A DNA stretch of 64,000 nt from Selaginella moellendorffii (GCF_000143415.4 NW_003314353.1:276140-340139), one strand, 5' to 3'; positions 1-11,918 are shown, numbered from the stretch's first letter. The notes: a model not told the origin generated them from the letters alone. A program made the numbers and translations.

Positions 1-1068
1 TTGACGTGATATACGTGCTTGAGCCGTGGTCTACTGCGGCCGTGGCCAAAGTGCGCGGCAAAGCCATATGCAGTACACATGGCCAGCCCACAAGCTGCAG
101 CCAAGAGCTCCCCCCCAAACACTGATCCCTGCGAGTTGAGCTGCTGAGGCTCCACCACAAAACACGTTTGGTGTCGAGTCCTCTGGATCAAGACAGCACT
201 AGCATCATCCTTGCTTCCCGCCGCCAGCAGTTGCCGCCCCTCGTCGAGCATGCATCCCACAAGTTGCTGCCAGGCTCCAGGCGCGGCGTGATGATCGTGG
301 TGATCATCCACATCCACGCGTCTGGCTTCAAGAGCATTCACCCGCGCTGGCTTGCCAGTTATCCTGTCGCGGGCCACGAAGACGAGGCCAGCCTCCAGGG
401 CAGTAGCTTGGTGCTGCACAGCTTGGATATGTACGTGGAGGGAGCTGCGGCCGGCTCGTTGCACTGTGCCAATGAGCTCCACGTCCACATCGAACAGCAG
501 CGGCTTGTGGATGACCAGGCCGTCCAAGAGTACCGTCAAGAACACAAGCGGCCTCGAGGCACCTTCGTCTCCGAGGCAATGCTGCAGCACAGCCAAGTTA
601 GCATCCTTGGAAGAGAGATAGATATGGTGATCTCACCTTGCGGCAGACGTGCCCTCCCAGGCAATCCATATCTTTGAGCAGCCTCGCCATGCTAATCTCC
701 TGCATGTGGTCCTGGTATTGGAGCTGGAGGAGCCTGTCCGTCGCCAAGGGGAAGTGGACGCTCACACGCCCGTCTTGCACTGATCGCTGCGGCAACGAGA
801 GCTGGGAGGCGGCCAGCGAGTCGAGGCGAGTGAAACAACGGTCGCCTCCTTCCCCGCCACCCTCAGCAGGCCAGTTGATGAGTCCCAGCGAGTCGCGAGC
901 TGCGGGCCTGGAAGCCAGCCACTTCCACTGCTCCACGGTCACAGGGGATACGTACAGACTGCCTGGGAACAGCGCCATCGGCATCTTCTGCTGGTAATGC
1001 TGCTGGCGCTGCCGTGGCGGCGGCGGCGGCGGCGCCGGATGACTTACTTCCTGTATGCTCCCCTCCAT
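1..1068 (-). CDS. Acyl-CoA thioesterase 9-like double hot-dog protein, 3' end runs off the window; exons ~1068-637 and 581-<1, intron 582-636
   Basis: Spliced translation ...QYQDHMQEISMARLLKDMDCLGGHVCRK|HCLGDEGASRPLVFLTVLLD...AGRSSL...FVARDRITGKPARVN...PQQLNSQGSVFGGELL matches plant ACOT9 motifs; 55-nt GT-AG intron. Start codon uncertain. Confidence 0.8.
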
Positions 1069-1619
1069 CGCCGCTTTAGGGCCGACCACAAAGCTGGATG
1101 GTATTCATTGAAGGGTTAGATTCGAACACTGCATGAGCACCAACACCAACAGCGATCTCTACACAATCGGCAAAGTATGTCTTTGTTCTCTTCCAAGGGG
1201 CATTTTGCTCACAAGCACTCTATCCAGGGCAACAAAGGATTTTGCTCAGCGAGTGAGCCGGAGCCACCACCACCAAGAAATATCAGGCAAGGATCAAGCT
1301 CGAGATTTTTCGTTTTCTTTCCGCTCACTGGTAACGAGCGACTCATGCTTATATCGAAGTTCAATCCGGCCAGGATCATGCCCGGCGCGCTAGCGTGAGA
1401 TCTGACTGCCCGAGAGGAAGCGGAGAAAGCGGTAATGGAGGGGCAGATACCAAGGATAAAAATAAAATAAAATAAGAGGCTGGCTGTCCGACTCTAGAGA
1501 CATCCAAGCCGCTCGAATGCAACTGCCTAGAATGGTTACATCCAAGCCGTCTAAATGCAGCTGTCAACGGAATATCCCTCAAAATAGGCTTATTTGAAAT
1601 TTGCGTGGGGGCGAGTTTC

Positions 1620-2711
1620 CATGATGCTCTCAGATCCATCCGAGCTGCTGTGGATTTCGCTCACCATGCCATGTAGGGCCGCGATCATCGATGCATCCTC
1701 AGGAGCGCTGCTCAGCCGGGATTTCGGCATTGTTCTTGTCATCACCAGGGGTTCCATCCTCTCCTGGTGGGAATCTGGAAACGCAAGGCGGCTGTGGCAC
1801 TCGTGGATCCGAGGGACAATCTCATGCTCCTCTCTGGTATAGCAGCGCCTCAGGTATCCAACCTCGACGCTAGAGTGAGATCTATCGCAGCAATGAGGGT
1901 GCAAGAGGGCGGGGGAGGCGTGCACATGAGCTCTATGGTCTGGCCGTGACAACCAGCAGACTCTTTCGGGGCCACACCTTTGTGTTTGATCCCCGAGACG
2001 ATGTCATCGCAAGAACGTGGGAAAGTGTTGCACGCTTTGGCATTAGTGACCTGTGCGCACTCCCCACAGTGCTGATCGCGGGCATGACGTACCCCATCCC
2101 CACGGGCTCTTTGGGAACACTCAAACGTATCTTCTACGGGGGCGATGCATTCCCTGAGTGACAGGAGATCGAGTCTCACCTGGCACCCGTGCGCCTGGTA
2201 CAGCAATACGGGATGACGGAGGGCGGCCAGATTTCCATGGGAACCACGGCAAACGCGGGCTACCTCCTTCCAGAACAGGGCCGTCGCTGGGTGAGGGGAG
2301 ACGGCGTGGTCACTACTGTGCGTGGCAAGGATGGGTTTGCGGACACGGGGGACATCGGATTTTTCGACTCGGACAACCGGCTCCACCTAGTTGGACGTGA
2401 AAAGGACATCATCAAGGTCAAAGGCAATCAGGTTCCGTGCCAGCTGCTCGAGGCCATCGCGCTCCAGTGTCCGGGAGTCCGAGAGGTTGCAGTTGTGGGC
2501 AAACCAGAGCGAACCTACGGTCACGTTCCCGTGGCATTTGTCGACATGGATCCACCCAGGGATGCCAACGCCATCTTTGCCTTCGTCGGGAAGCTTGCAC
2601 CAGAGTGGTACATGCGGATTCAAAGACGTCATCTTCGTCCCCGAGCTGCCAAGGACGCCCATCACTGCCAAAGTCAACAAAAAGGCGCTTGCAGCGATGT
2701 TCTCTACCTAG
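1620..2711 (+). pseudogene. Disrupted AMP-dependent synthetase / acyl-CoA ligase (4CL/luciferase-like)
   Basis: Motifs YGG, QYGMTE, DTGDIG, GREKDIIKVKG and LPRT..AKVNKKAL; in-frame TGA at 2159-2161, frameshift near 2612, broken 5' frames; no introns seen. Confidence 0.8.
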
Positions 2712-4783
2712 TGCGAGCCCTTTGCTCGTCTCGGTTCTAGGAAGCGCTGGAGTGGACGAACGTCGCGCTGTGGAGAGTAAGTACGTGCTCACTTGCACAT
2801 GAATCCTTTGTTCAATTTCTTTTTCCTTTGCATTTTGTATGGTTTTCATACTGGCAAACCGTGTACGCTATGCGCTCAGCTCAACGCCAGGACGCTTCCC
2901 ATTCAGCCTCCAAAACGCTGCGCACCTTGAGCGCCATCTCCTCGCCTCTCTCCGCAGCAGCGCCTAAGGGACAGTCTGCTGGATGGCTCATGCTCGATCT
3001 GAGAAAGATCGCGATGAATGAGAGAGCTGCGATCACAAGAAACTTGGTTGTTTTATGCCATGTTTTAATAATTCTCCTGGTGATGTTCAGGACATCGTTT
3101 AATCCAACAGGTTGTGGATGCTGCAGTGCTGCTCCGGGGAACGAACTGGTGCTGGAGCGGTAAAGATTGCTGTCGACATGGTGGACCAGCGCCTTTTTAC
3201 CATTAGTTATTTTATTTTGTTGACCGTTGACATAGGTTTTTGGAGACGGAATTAGAATGTAGATAATCTAATTTTATACCTACAACCTTGACAATTAATT
3301 TTAGGTCGGTAATGATAACCACTTTATTGCTTGTGCTTAACTAAGAATACACACAAACAAGTGGGCACTTGGACTAATCATCATATAGAATATTGCTTCT
3401 CCAAGTGGAGGTCCTCCTAACATCACTCATAAATATCATATAATCATTGACTACAGCTCCACTGGGAAAAGAATTATCACAAATAGTTGGAAATTTGTTT
3501 GACTAGAATCCAGAGCTAATCCCAGTCATCATCATCTCAAGAACATGGTGTTTAGTTTCAAAGATTCCAAAGATGTGTTAATTTTTTAACTATCAAAACA
3601 CAAATAATTTAGATAATAAGCACATAATAAAAAGTATAACAAAATTTTATTCTTCGCTCAAAATTTTAATTATGGAAAAATTAATTTCATACCTTTATCT
3701 TATCCTCTATAATACCTAATATTTTTTAATAGCACTATAGAATCTTTAATAATGTTTTTTCTGTTCTGTAAATACACAATGTTTTAACATGCTCTATTTG
3801 AGTGAAATATTATAATTCCAACTTCACAATGCTATAGATGGCATGGTTCTACCAACAAGGAAAATCTAATGTACTATCACCCACTTTTCTTGTAAAGGTC
3901 ACTAAAAGGGTGATTCTTATGTTTTTGAATTTTTCTCAGCTTCTTTACAGCTTAGATCAAGATGCTCCACCACCTCCTAGTAGTGATCGAGAATGGTTGA
4001 GACAATCCTGTGCCACTTCTCAAGCCTCGTCTGCTATCATAATTTTCTTGTGCATCGTGGTGAGGTAGATTTTATTCCAATTTGTCAAGCTTGGACATAT
4101 TTTGTCCTCACCTTATGGCAGTAACTCATCCCTATTGCCTTTTTTTCATCCTTTCTCCCTCATTGCGTTTCATATGTTTTCTTCTTCACCTGCTAAGTAC
4201 CACACGCATGTTACCTGACACCATCTAACAAAAAAGTTGCGTAAAGCAGTGTCCAAGCTGTCCGATCCCTTGTTACCGATGTTGACACAGTAGGATCGGA
4301 GCGGAGAGACAGTGGGAAATCATGTGGAAACACTTGTTTTCTCTTTTCATTGTGGAACATATGTTTTTTTAGGGAAGGCAATGTGGTGCAATTTGTTCCT
4401 GATACTCTATTTTCTTTTATCTATAACAAGTCTAACTCCTCTGTTTATGTAAATTGAAACCATTACCTTATTGTCAAATGCCCAACTTGCATTTGTATTT
4501 TCCACACTATTAGACTTTCATACGCAGATCATAACCACCATTCTGGGTGATTCAACAATAGCCACACTGACAAGTAGATCTAGAACAATAGCTTGATCTC
4601 ATTCAAGAGATACACAAGGCCGTCTGGAGCTAGTCCCCTTGCCACTGACTGTAAAAACATCTATCTTTATATATGATATACATTATGATTTTAATTACAG
4701 ATTATTCACTTTATTTATGTTGATTCTACATCTTGATGAAGCTACTAAATTTCAAGATTATTAAGAAAGAAATTAAAAATTAG

Positions 4784-5032
4784 TTAAAAGTGTAACACTA
4801 TCAAAAGGATCTCTAGTATAAAATATATATATGAACACTATATCAAACTATAAAACTGTAACAACGATGCATTTTATTCAATAATCTTAGCCATATAGGA
4901 TTTAATAATTAGCATCAAACTTAGTATGTCTATGGTTGTTAAAATGTGCGTAGGGAAACTACTTTTATAGCCGAAAACGATCATATATGTTTTTTTATAC
5001 TAGAGATCTTTTTGATAGTGTTACACTTTTAA
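4784..5032. mobile_element. MITE-like element with ~50-bp terminal inverted repeats
   Basis: 4784-4833 TTAAAAGTGTAACACTATCAAAAGGATCTCTAGTATAAAA... is the near-perfect reverse complement of 4981-5032; AT-rich non-coding interior. Confidence 0.65.
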
Positions 5033-5051
5033 AGCGCAATTGGCATGTCAA

Positions 5052-5070
5052 AAACCCTAAACCCTAAACC
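5052..5070 (+). repeat. Short interstitial plant telomere-like repeat / telo-box (AAACCCT)x2.7
   Basis: AAACCCTAAACCCTAAACC. Confidence 0.6.
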
Positions 5071-5614
5071 TGTTCTACGCGGGCAGTGAGACAAAATTTT
5101 GCTGATTTCTCTATAGTTTCTTCAAGGGCCTTGAAAGACCAGATTAACAAGAAAACCTCGCTTTTGACAAAGCTAGTCATTGTTTGCAGCTTCACCATGA
5201 TTCTCGAGATCAAAAAGTTATTATTTTAGATTTAAAATAATCGCCTTGTTCATGCATTTAGCTGTTATATGTTGGTTTTCTTTCCTTTGTTGCCGGTGGT
5301 GTTCTTCCTGCTTTTCCGTTGCTATTGATAATTCCCGGTGATCCTAATGAAATGGCTGGAGATTTTCTCGCTCTGCTTGGCAACGATGCTGGTTTTGAAG
5401 TCTTGATGGTGCTCGCCGACTGGAAGGGCCTGGCAGCAGCAGTGCCATGGAAAAACAGGAGGGGCACAGTCAAGACCACAACCACATAATCTATCCTTGA
5501 TATCTCCGTTTCCAGGGCAGGAGAAGCCTAGAAAAAAACTTTCGAGTGACTGCTAGAAAACTAGGAGCGTTGAGTTTATTGATCATATCAAAGCATGAGG
5601 TTTTTAGAGTGTTT

Positions 5615-6106
5615 CTAACAAGAAGAAGGAAGTTTCAGTTCACTTTCAATGCCTTCCTTCCACTGCTTAAGCGGCGGCCTCAAATCCTCCAGCGACGAAA
5701 TCCCTTCGAGCAGCGGCAGTAGCTTGATCAAATTCTTCTCGCGCTCTTCCTCCTCCATGCTCCACTCCGAAAAGGGCACAACCGCCAAGCCATTCTCCTC
5801 ATTGCCCGCAAACGCGAGTGGATTGTCGTCTATGGCCACCACTCTTCTCAAATCCTTTCCCAAAATCTCCAGCGGCTTGGTGCCCCGGACGCAAGAATCA
5901 TTGTAGAGGCGGCGCGCGACATTCACTTTGAGAATGTGGTCGATGATCCGATCCGCGCGCTCTCGGTTGCCGGATGTGAACACGACGATCTCGTAGAGTT
6001 TGCTTACTCTGGCCAGGAATTCATCCAGCCCCGGCCGCTTGGTCGCCCTTCCACATACCAGCGTGTTGTCGATGTCCAGCACAAGCGTCGGCTTGGAGCT
6101 CTCCAT
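5615..6106 (-). CDS. Minimal NIF/FCP1-SCP family HAD phosphatase (163 aa, intronless)
   Basis: TLVLDIDNTLV (DxDxT), KRPGLDEFL, YEIVVFTSG, RRLY..SC, K.L..LGKDL..VVAIDDNP and L..LLPLLE motifs. Confidence 0.9.
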   Translation of the reverse strand: MESSKPTLVLDIDNTLVCGRATKRPGLDEFLARVSKLYEIVVFTSGNRERADRIIDHILKVNVARRLYNDSCVRGTKPLEILGKDLRRVVAIDDNPLAFAGNEENGLAVVPFSEWSMEEEEREKNLIKLLPLLEGISSLEDLRPPLKQWKEGIESELKLPSSC

Positions 6107-6181
6107 ACCGCTACCCTAAAAATTTAAACCCTAGATTCTAGGGCATATCCGTTTTTCTTCTTCCTCTTGAGAACTTTGGCA

Positions 6182-7015
6182 ATGGCAATGGCAAAGGCGC
6201 AGGTTTTGGGAGCTGGAAAGTACGGAACCGTGTACGCCGCAGGAGAATCGATGGCGCTCAAGGTCGGAAAGGCGGGCGCGGGCTTGGATTACGAGTATTC
6301 CACTCTCGAAAAGATTTCGCTAGCTTGGAGCGCCAAACAAGATCGGGGAGTCTCGGTACCGCGGCCGCTGGGTTTTTTCGTGTCGGCAGAGAATTTCGCG
6401 ACGGCGGAGGGCGGGCAGGCTTTGATCCAGGGAGAAATCGTCGCCGACAAGGATGAGCCGTGTTTTCTCATGGACCGCGTATTTCCGTTGCCTGTGCTTC
6501 TTTGGGACGCTGGCGCTGAGGGTTTGACGACTGGGCCGCCCAAGATTTGCAAGCTCTACCTCTGCGGACGCGAATTTCCGATAATGGATCCAAGCCCGCG
6601 CTCTAAGTACGGGTTCGTGGACTGGGACACGGCGGAGAGAATGGGCATGGACACGGCCGAGCTTGCGCGCAGCATGGGCGAATTCCTGGGCTTTCTTCAC
6701 TTTGAAATGCTGGTGGATGGCAGGGATGTCGAATTCTACTTGGGCTCCGATGCCGCGACGACGAAATCCACGATCGCATCGCTCTTCTGCCTCGACTTCG
6801 GAGTGGTGAAATCCTTCGATGCCGGGAAGAGTGTGGATGTGGAGGTAGCCGCTACTGTCCTTGCCGGGGACGACCTTCCCCCAAACACCATCACGTATAC
6901 GCCCAAGCCTGGGAGCCGGGGTTGGGAGTCCTTCCGCGAGGGTTATCTCCGTGCTGCGACAGACCAGGAGCTAGCGCGCAAGGTTCTTGAACGGGTTCTC
7001 GAGCGTTCCAAATGA
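6182..7015 (+). CDS. DUF3669-type protein-kinase-like protein (intronless)
   Basis: Gly loop LGAGKYGTVY, MALK lysine, EY helix-C, LHFEMLVDGRDVEFYLG, LFCLDFG and YTPKP...WESFREGYL resemble fungal DUF3669 proteins. First ATG at 6182. Confidence 0.75.
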   Translation: MAMAKAQVLGAGKYGTVYAAGESMALKVGKAGAGLDYEYSTLEKISLAWSAKQDRGVSVPRPLGFFVSAENFATAEGGQALIQGEIVADKDEPCFLMDRVFPLPVLLWDAGAEGLTTGPPKICKLYLCGREFPIMDPSPRSKYGFVDWDTAERMGMDTAELARSMGEFLGFLHFEMLVDGRDVEFYLGSDAATTKSTIASLFCLDFGVVKSFDAGKSVDVEVAATVLAGDDLPPNTITYTPKPGSRGWESFREGYLRAATDQELARKVLERVLERSK

Positions 7016-7197
7016 TTTTTAGGGTTCTAACGGACACTTAGAGGTGAGATGAGCCACTTGACACAGAAAAATTCATAGTTTCGAAACTTCGACTGGCAAT
7101 GTAGAAATTGTGTATAGCTCGCTAGAAGAAATCTCCACTAATATCCGGAATGAAAAATTCATAGCTTTGGAACTTCGCGCTTTCCCGACGATTCCTG

Positions 7198-8866
7198 TTA
7201 ACTTGCCACTGCTGGCGACGGCCCGTTTGCGTGATTTGGAGCGTTATTGTTGTTGGAGCTGCTGTTGTTGCTGTAGTAGCCTCTACCGCGACGATTTCCT
7301 CCACTTCCATAGTAGCTATTGCGTTGGTAGTAGCCACTCTGATCGTAGTACTGGCCACCACCGTTCCCTGCGTTACCACCGCCTCGGTTACCATTTGCCG
7401 GTGCGTAGTTACCGCCGCCGCGATAGCCTCTACCGCCACCACGGCCACGTCCACGAGGATAGTTAGCACCACCGCCACCGCCAACGTTACCGCCGCCGCC
7501 GCCACGGTTTCCTCTAAACTTCTGCTGGAATCCTTGTTGCGGTTGATGTTGGCGAGGAGTGGTTTCATCGGGTTGTCGTTGGTCCTCGGCTGGCTGGGCT
7601 TCCTCGTGAGGCAAGCTCTTGATTGGATTCACGTCCAGCTAGAAAAACCATAAATCTCAGCCTCTAAAACATGAAAGATGAAGCTAAACCTGAAAGGCCT
7701 CGGAATTGGCCCCGGAGCTGTCGGAGACGTTTTCGGTGGGAGCGTCGCCATTTACGTAGTGTTCCTGAGGGACCTGAAAGTTATGCGAACTATAAGCTTC
7801 CAAGGTTGAAAACTTTACCCCAAGCTCGGGTCCAAACTGTCCCACTGCGATCTCTGATGTTACAGTCTGCAGCTCAGGCGTCATGGTGAAGTACTCGGTC
7901 GCCAATATCCTGTTTAGTCTGTCTCGCAGCTCAGTGTCTATGAGAAAAACAAGAACAAAGTTAAGGAAAAACACGAAGGAAAAAACACGAGAGCCAGTGG
8001 ATACATGTCACGTTGAGGATGTTGGCGTCGATGATCGCGTCCGAGTTGAGCAGCCAGTGTCTCGCATGAGCGATACAGGCCTGGAGAGCGTCCCGGTGCG
8101 ATAGCGTCGTGTTTGGCGGTCGAGAAGTCATGAGCGATCCAAACGCAGCCAGGGCGTCCAAGTCGGCGTCGGTGAGATGCGAAGTGGAATCGTCGGTGAC
8201 GAGATCGTAGGACAGGCACGAAACTCTCTCGTGGTACTTGACAGTCCGCATGAACGAGTGAGCCTCCCCCTGGGACTGGACGTCGAAGAGCAGCGCAAAG
8301 TAGAGGAGCTGGATGAGCTCCAGCATGAGATGCTCGTCCAGTCCAGCAACGCTGCCACTGTCAACCGGAACTTCGATCTTCTCGTTCTCCTCGGTAGCAG
8401 CAGCGGGAGTAGCAGCAGCAGCAGCGGCAAAGGCAGGATCACCACCACCACCACCAACATTGTCAGCCTCGCCACTACCAGCATTCTCCAGGGTCTCATT
8501 GCTGGCCTCCTCCGACTCGGTTCTGGCCTCCTCCAAGTTCTCGCTGGAAGCCACTCCAGAAACTTGCTCCTCCTTGGTAGCAATCCATTCCTTCTCCTTC
8601 TCGGCAATCTCCTCCCTCACCGCGACGAGCAAAGGTTGCCGGAGGCGATCATACTCCTCCATCAGCGTCAGCACCTGGACCTTGCTCTTGAGAACATCCT
8701 CCTGCTCCTTGTTGATAGCCTTGCCTTTCTCCTTGGCCTCCTCGAGCTGGACGATTCGATTGTACTTCTTCTTGAGCGCTCGCAGCCGCTTGTTCATCAT
8801 CGTCAACACCGGCCCATCCTTTCCACAGCTCGAATCCTCCACACCACTTACATCTAGAGCTGCCAT
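7198..8866 (-). CDS. Conserved plant coiled-coil + glycine/RGG-rich protein (caprin-like architecture); exons 8866-8005, 7937-7690, 7638-7198
   Basis: GPVLTMMNKRLRALKKKYNRI, HERVSCLSYDLVTDD and YTELRDRLNRILATEYFT; C-terminal RGG/NYY tail; GT-AG introns 7938-8004 and 7639-7689. Confidence 0.85.
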
Positions 8867-9500
8867 CTCTCTCTCTCCCTCCCCCTTTTACTTTTCCTTC
8901 TACAAACTAAGAAAAGACCTCGTTAGAATGGAAGAACACCTCACAGCTCACAGCTCCATCTCCTCTCTCGAGATTTCGCTCGCTCGCTCGCTCGCCCGCC
9001 CTAAATCGAAGACCAGACCTTCCAAACAGTAGCGAAAGCGAGGAGAATCCGCGCGCCCAGCTCGCGCCGAGAGCCGCGCCCTTGCAATGCCGCCGCTCTC
9101 GCACAGAGGATGAGGAACGCGACGGAACCCTAAAAATTTGTGACGCCCAATTTTTTGGAGGAAGGGATATACCCGAATCAGCCTAATTCGCTTAGCTCGT
9201 ATGGTTATCAAAGAATATTCATCGCATCGTATTTACACAGGCAAGCCACAGGGGAAAAAATTCAAGCAAGAAATAAAAATCACGAACCTCTGTGATGTAA
9301 AACTTGAGCTTGAGCTGGGCTTGCTTCTCCCGCCAGATTTTTTTTACTCAGTTTTTTTCTCTCGGTTTTTCTTTGTTTTTCTTCTTTTTTTTGCCAGTTT
9401 TTTTTCTCCAATACATATTTTTTTCATCTTTTTTCTTTCCTATCGATTATCCTTTTTTCCCTAGTACCTGCTTTCGAGCAGCAATGGAGAGATAAATAGA

Positions 9501-10560
9501 TCAATAGTAAGGCCTGTATCGCATGGGCCTCCGGAATCGAGGAACTTTTCTGGAGATCACAGAAGCAAGGGCGTGAGTGATAGATCGAGCAAAGGTTTGC
9601 AACTACGTACCCAAAGCCGTAAGGATATGGATAGGATGGGTAAGGCATGTAAGGCCTTCTCGGGAAGTAAGGCATATAAGGAGCTCCAAAGCCGCCACGG
9701 CCGCGGTGCTGCTTGAGTCCAGGAACATTAGTCCGCTTAGCAGCAACCTGTGAGCAATCCGAGTGAGTAAAAGGAGATACCAAAACACCGACGGAAATCC
9801 TTACCTTGATAGGCCGACCGTGAAGCTCTGATTCGTTTAGTATGAGAGCGTTCTGGACAGCTTCGACTTCCAGGAACTCGACATAGGCAAATCTGTAAGC
9901 AGAGAAACGATCATCAGCATTAGAACCGGCACAGGGAAACGTTTTTGCGAAGATTTACCCCTTGGGCTGTCCGAACTTGTCAGTTAAAATAGTAACCCGG
10001 TTAACAGTGCCACAGGATTGAAAGTGCTGTTGGACTTCCTCTGGTGTGCACGAATAATCCACCTAAGAACATACCACTCACTAAGTTCCAAGGCAACGAG
10101 AAGAGAAGAAAAGAAAACTTACGTTTCCAACATACACCGAGCGAGCATCGGCTTCTTCCTTGCTCGCTTGTTGGGCAGCAGCAGCCGGATCTACAAGCAC
10201 ACAAACACAAGAACACGAAATAAGCGACACAAAATCTACGAAGTTACACCAAGTGTGACCGAAAAATCTCACCTTGCCCAGCGCCCATTTCTTTCTCGAC
10301 CTTGGCTTGCATATCACGCAATGCAGCGGCCTCGTCCTCCATTTCCTTGAGGCGTTTCTTCATCTCTTCCAGCTCCTGGAACAATCGCAATGAGCAATCG
10401 ATTCATCCATACCCTAGGAAGGCGCTGAGCTTACCGTGGAGGTGGGATCGTCGCCGCCAGCATCGTCGCCTTGGTCGCCCTCGAGATCGCCCTCCACTTC
10501 CTCTGGAATCTCGCCGCCATAGACCTCGTGCTCGTCCTCCACTCCATGTGTCGCCTCCAT
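9501..10560 (-). CDS. PABN: Nuclear polyadenylate-binding protein 2 (PABN), multi-exon
   Basis: [43 protein letters not shown] (KFGQPKG, FAYVEF), KRTNVPG and RPMRYRPYY* end. Confidence 0.92.
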
Positions 10561-10697
10561 TGCCCTAGCCCTTTAGCTCACTGTCTGCTTCTAGGGTTAT
10601 ATAAGCTACTTTACTTTCATTTGCTCTTGCATCGCAGCCGTTCATTCCCCGACACATCTACAACCGTTGGATGCTTTTGGAAGAGCCCTAAATTGCT

Positions 10698-11918
10698 ATG
10701 GATATTGGCGCTCGTGGGAACGAGCTCATCGCTGGCGCTGCGAATCGAGGTAGGGATTACGGCCGGCGCGACCAGCGATCGCAAGCTGGAATTCGAGGCC
10801 GGAGGACGGGAATTGCTGCTAGAAAGATGAGATTGCGGCTTCTGATGGAACAGATGCACGATTCTCCTCCGAGGAAGGACGGATTTTCATCTTCCAGCAC
10901 CGGCATTGGATTGGGATCTCTCGATTTGCTGCGCGGTTGCTTTCTTCGCCAGTTGGCAGCTCTAGCCACATCTATATTTCTGGTTTTCACAACGATCCCG
11001 AGCTTTCGAAGAGGGCCAAGAAGATTTCCAGAGCTCGTTCATCCGCATTTGGCTTCCATTAGAACACAGGTGCCGCGAGAAAAAAATCTGGAAGATTCTC
11101 ATCGCTCACACAGGCATGCGGAGGATAGATTCTCGAGGAAGATCGAATTTCGAAACTCCAAGAACAAACTTTTCGGCGCAAGCCTGGTGGACATGACAAT
11201 CCAAAGAGCTCCCGAGGATGGATCCGTGCTACAAGTCCCAAATCCTCGAAGCTGGAATTGCTGGGTATCGGATCAAGCTCACGTCCTCAGTCGCTCCACC
11301 GTCGAGCATCTCAACTCGGTTATCGATGCGTTGAAGTTCGACACTGGTGCTGAAGTTACGGTAGTGACGATCAAGAGCACCAACTTACCAGCCGAAGAGT
11401 TTACTTCCTGTCTTTATAAAAGATGGAAGATCGAAGATGAGTCTCAGGGAAGGGGTCTATTGTTCTTGCTGGTTACTTCGGAGGGGAGGCTAGAAGTAGA
11501 ACTTGGCTGGAACATATCGAAACTTCTCAAAGGGGATGTTACAGTCGCGGGGAGTGTATGGGATCCAGAGAAAACTGGATGGCTGAGATCAGTTGTGAGG
11601 AACAAAGTTTTGTCGGAACTCAAGCGAGGGAAGTATGACAAGGGCGTAGTTTTTGCGGTGGAGGAAGTGGCAGAGAAAGTCTGGGAAAGTGCTGGATTTG
11701 GAGCTTCAAGCTTAGCAAGTGGAAAATGGTGGAAAGTTGTGGATCTAGCCTGCTTGAGTGTGATCCCTGTCCTCGCGTTGTTTGTGAGGCTCACAAGCAT
11801 TGCTGGTGCTCCAAAAAATCAACAGGATTGCCATCCGAGAACAACTAGCCGATTCTTCAGGTTCGTCAATCTTTCGCGGTACTGTTCTTCTTTTGCTCGA
11901 CACTTGATTTCCTCCTAA
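10698..11918 (+). CDS. TPM-domain (DUF477-like) membrane protein; 3' end uncertain
   Basis: VPNPR...WVSDQAHVLS...TGAEVTVVTI...W.I...RGLLFLL..EGRLEVELG...GKYDKGV followed by a hydrophobic helix. Confidence 0.75.
   Translation: MDIGARGNELIAGAANRGRDYGRRDQRSQAGIRGRRTGIAARKMRLRLLMEQMHDSPPRKDGFSSSSTGIGLGSLDLLRGCFLRQLAALATSIFLVFTTIPSFRRGPRRFPELVHPHLASIRTQVPREKNLEDSHRSHRHAEDRFSRKIEFRNSKNKLFGASLVDMTIQRAPEDGSVLQVPNPRSWNCWVSDQAHVLSRSTVEHLNSVIDALKFDTGAEVTVVTIKSTNLPAEEFTSCLYKRWKIEDESQGRGLLFLLVTSEGRLEVELGWNISKLLKGDVTVAGSVWDPEKTGWLRSVVRNKVLSELKRGKYDKGVVFAVEEVAEKVWESAGFGASSLASGKWWKVVDLACLSVIPVLALFVRLTSIAGAPKNQQDCHPRTTSRFFRFVNLSRYCSSFARHLISS

Noticed and set aside
2870-3160. Minus-strand GEEMALKV, similar to GESMALKV in the kinase
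   Set aside because: Similarity is limited to a few residues and no clear start; likely chance.
7110-9032. Plus-strand ORFs over the glycine-rich gene (and similar antisense ORFs at 33-36 kb)
   Set aside because: Antisense shadows of GC-rich coding sequence.
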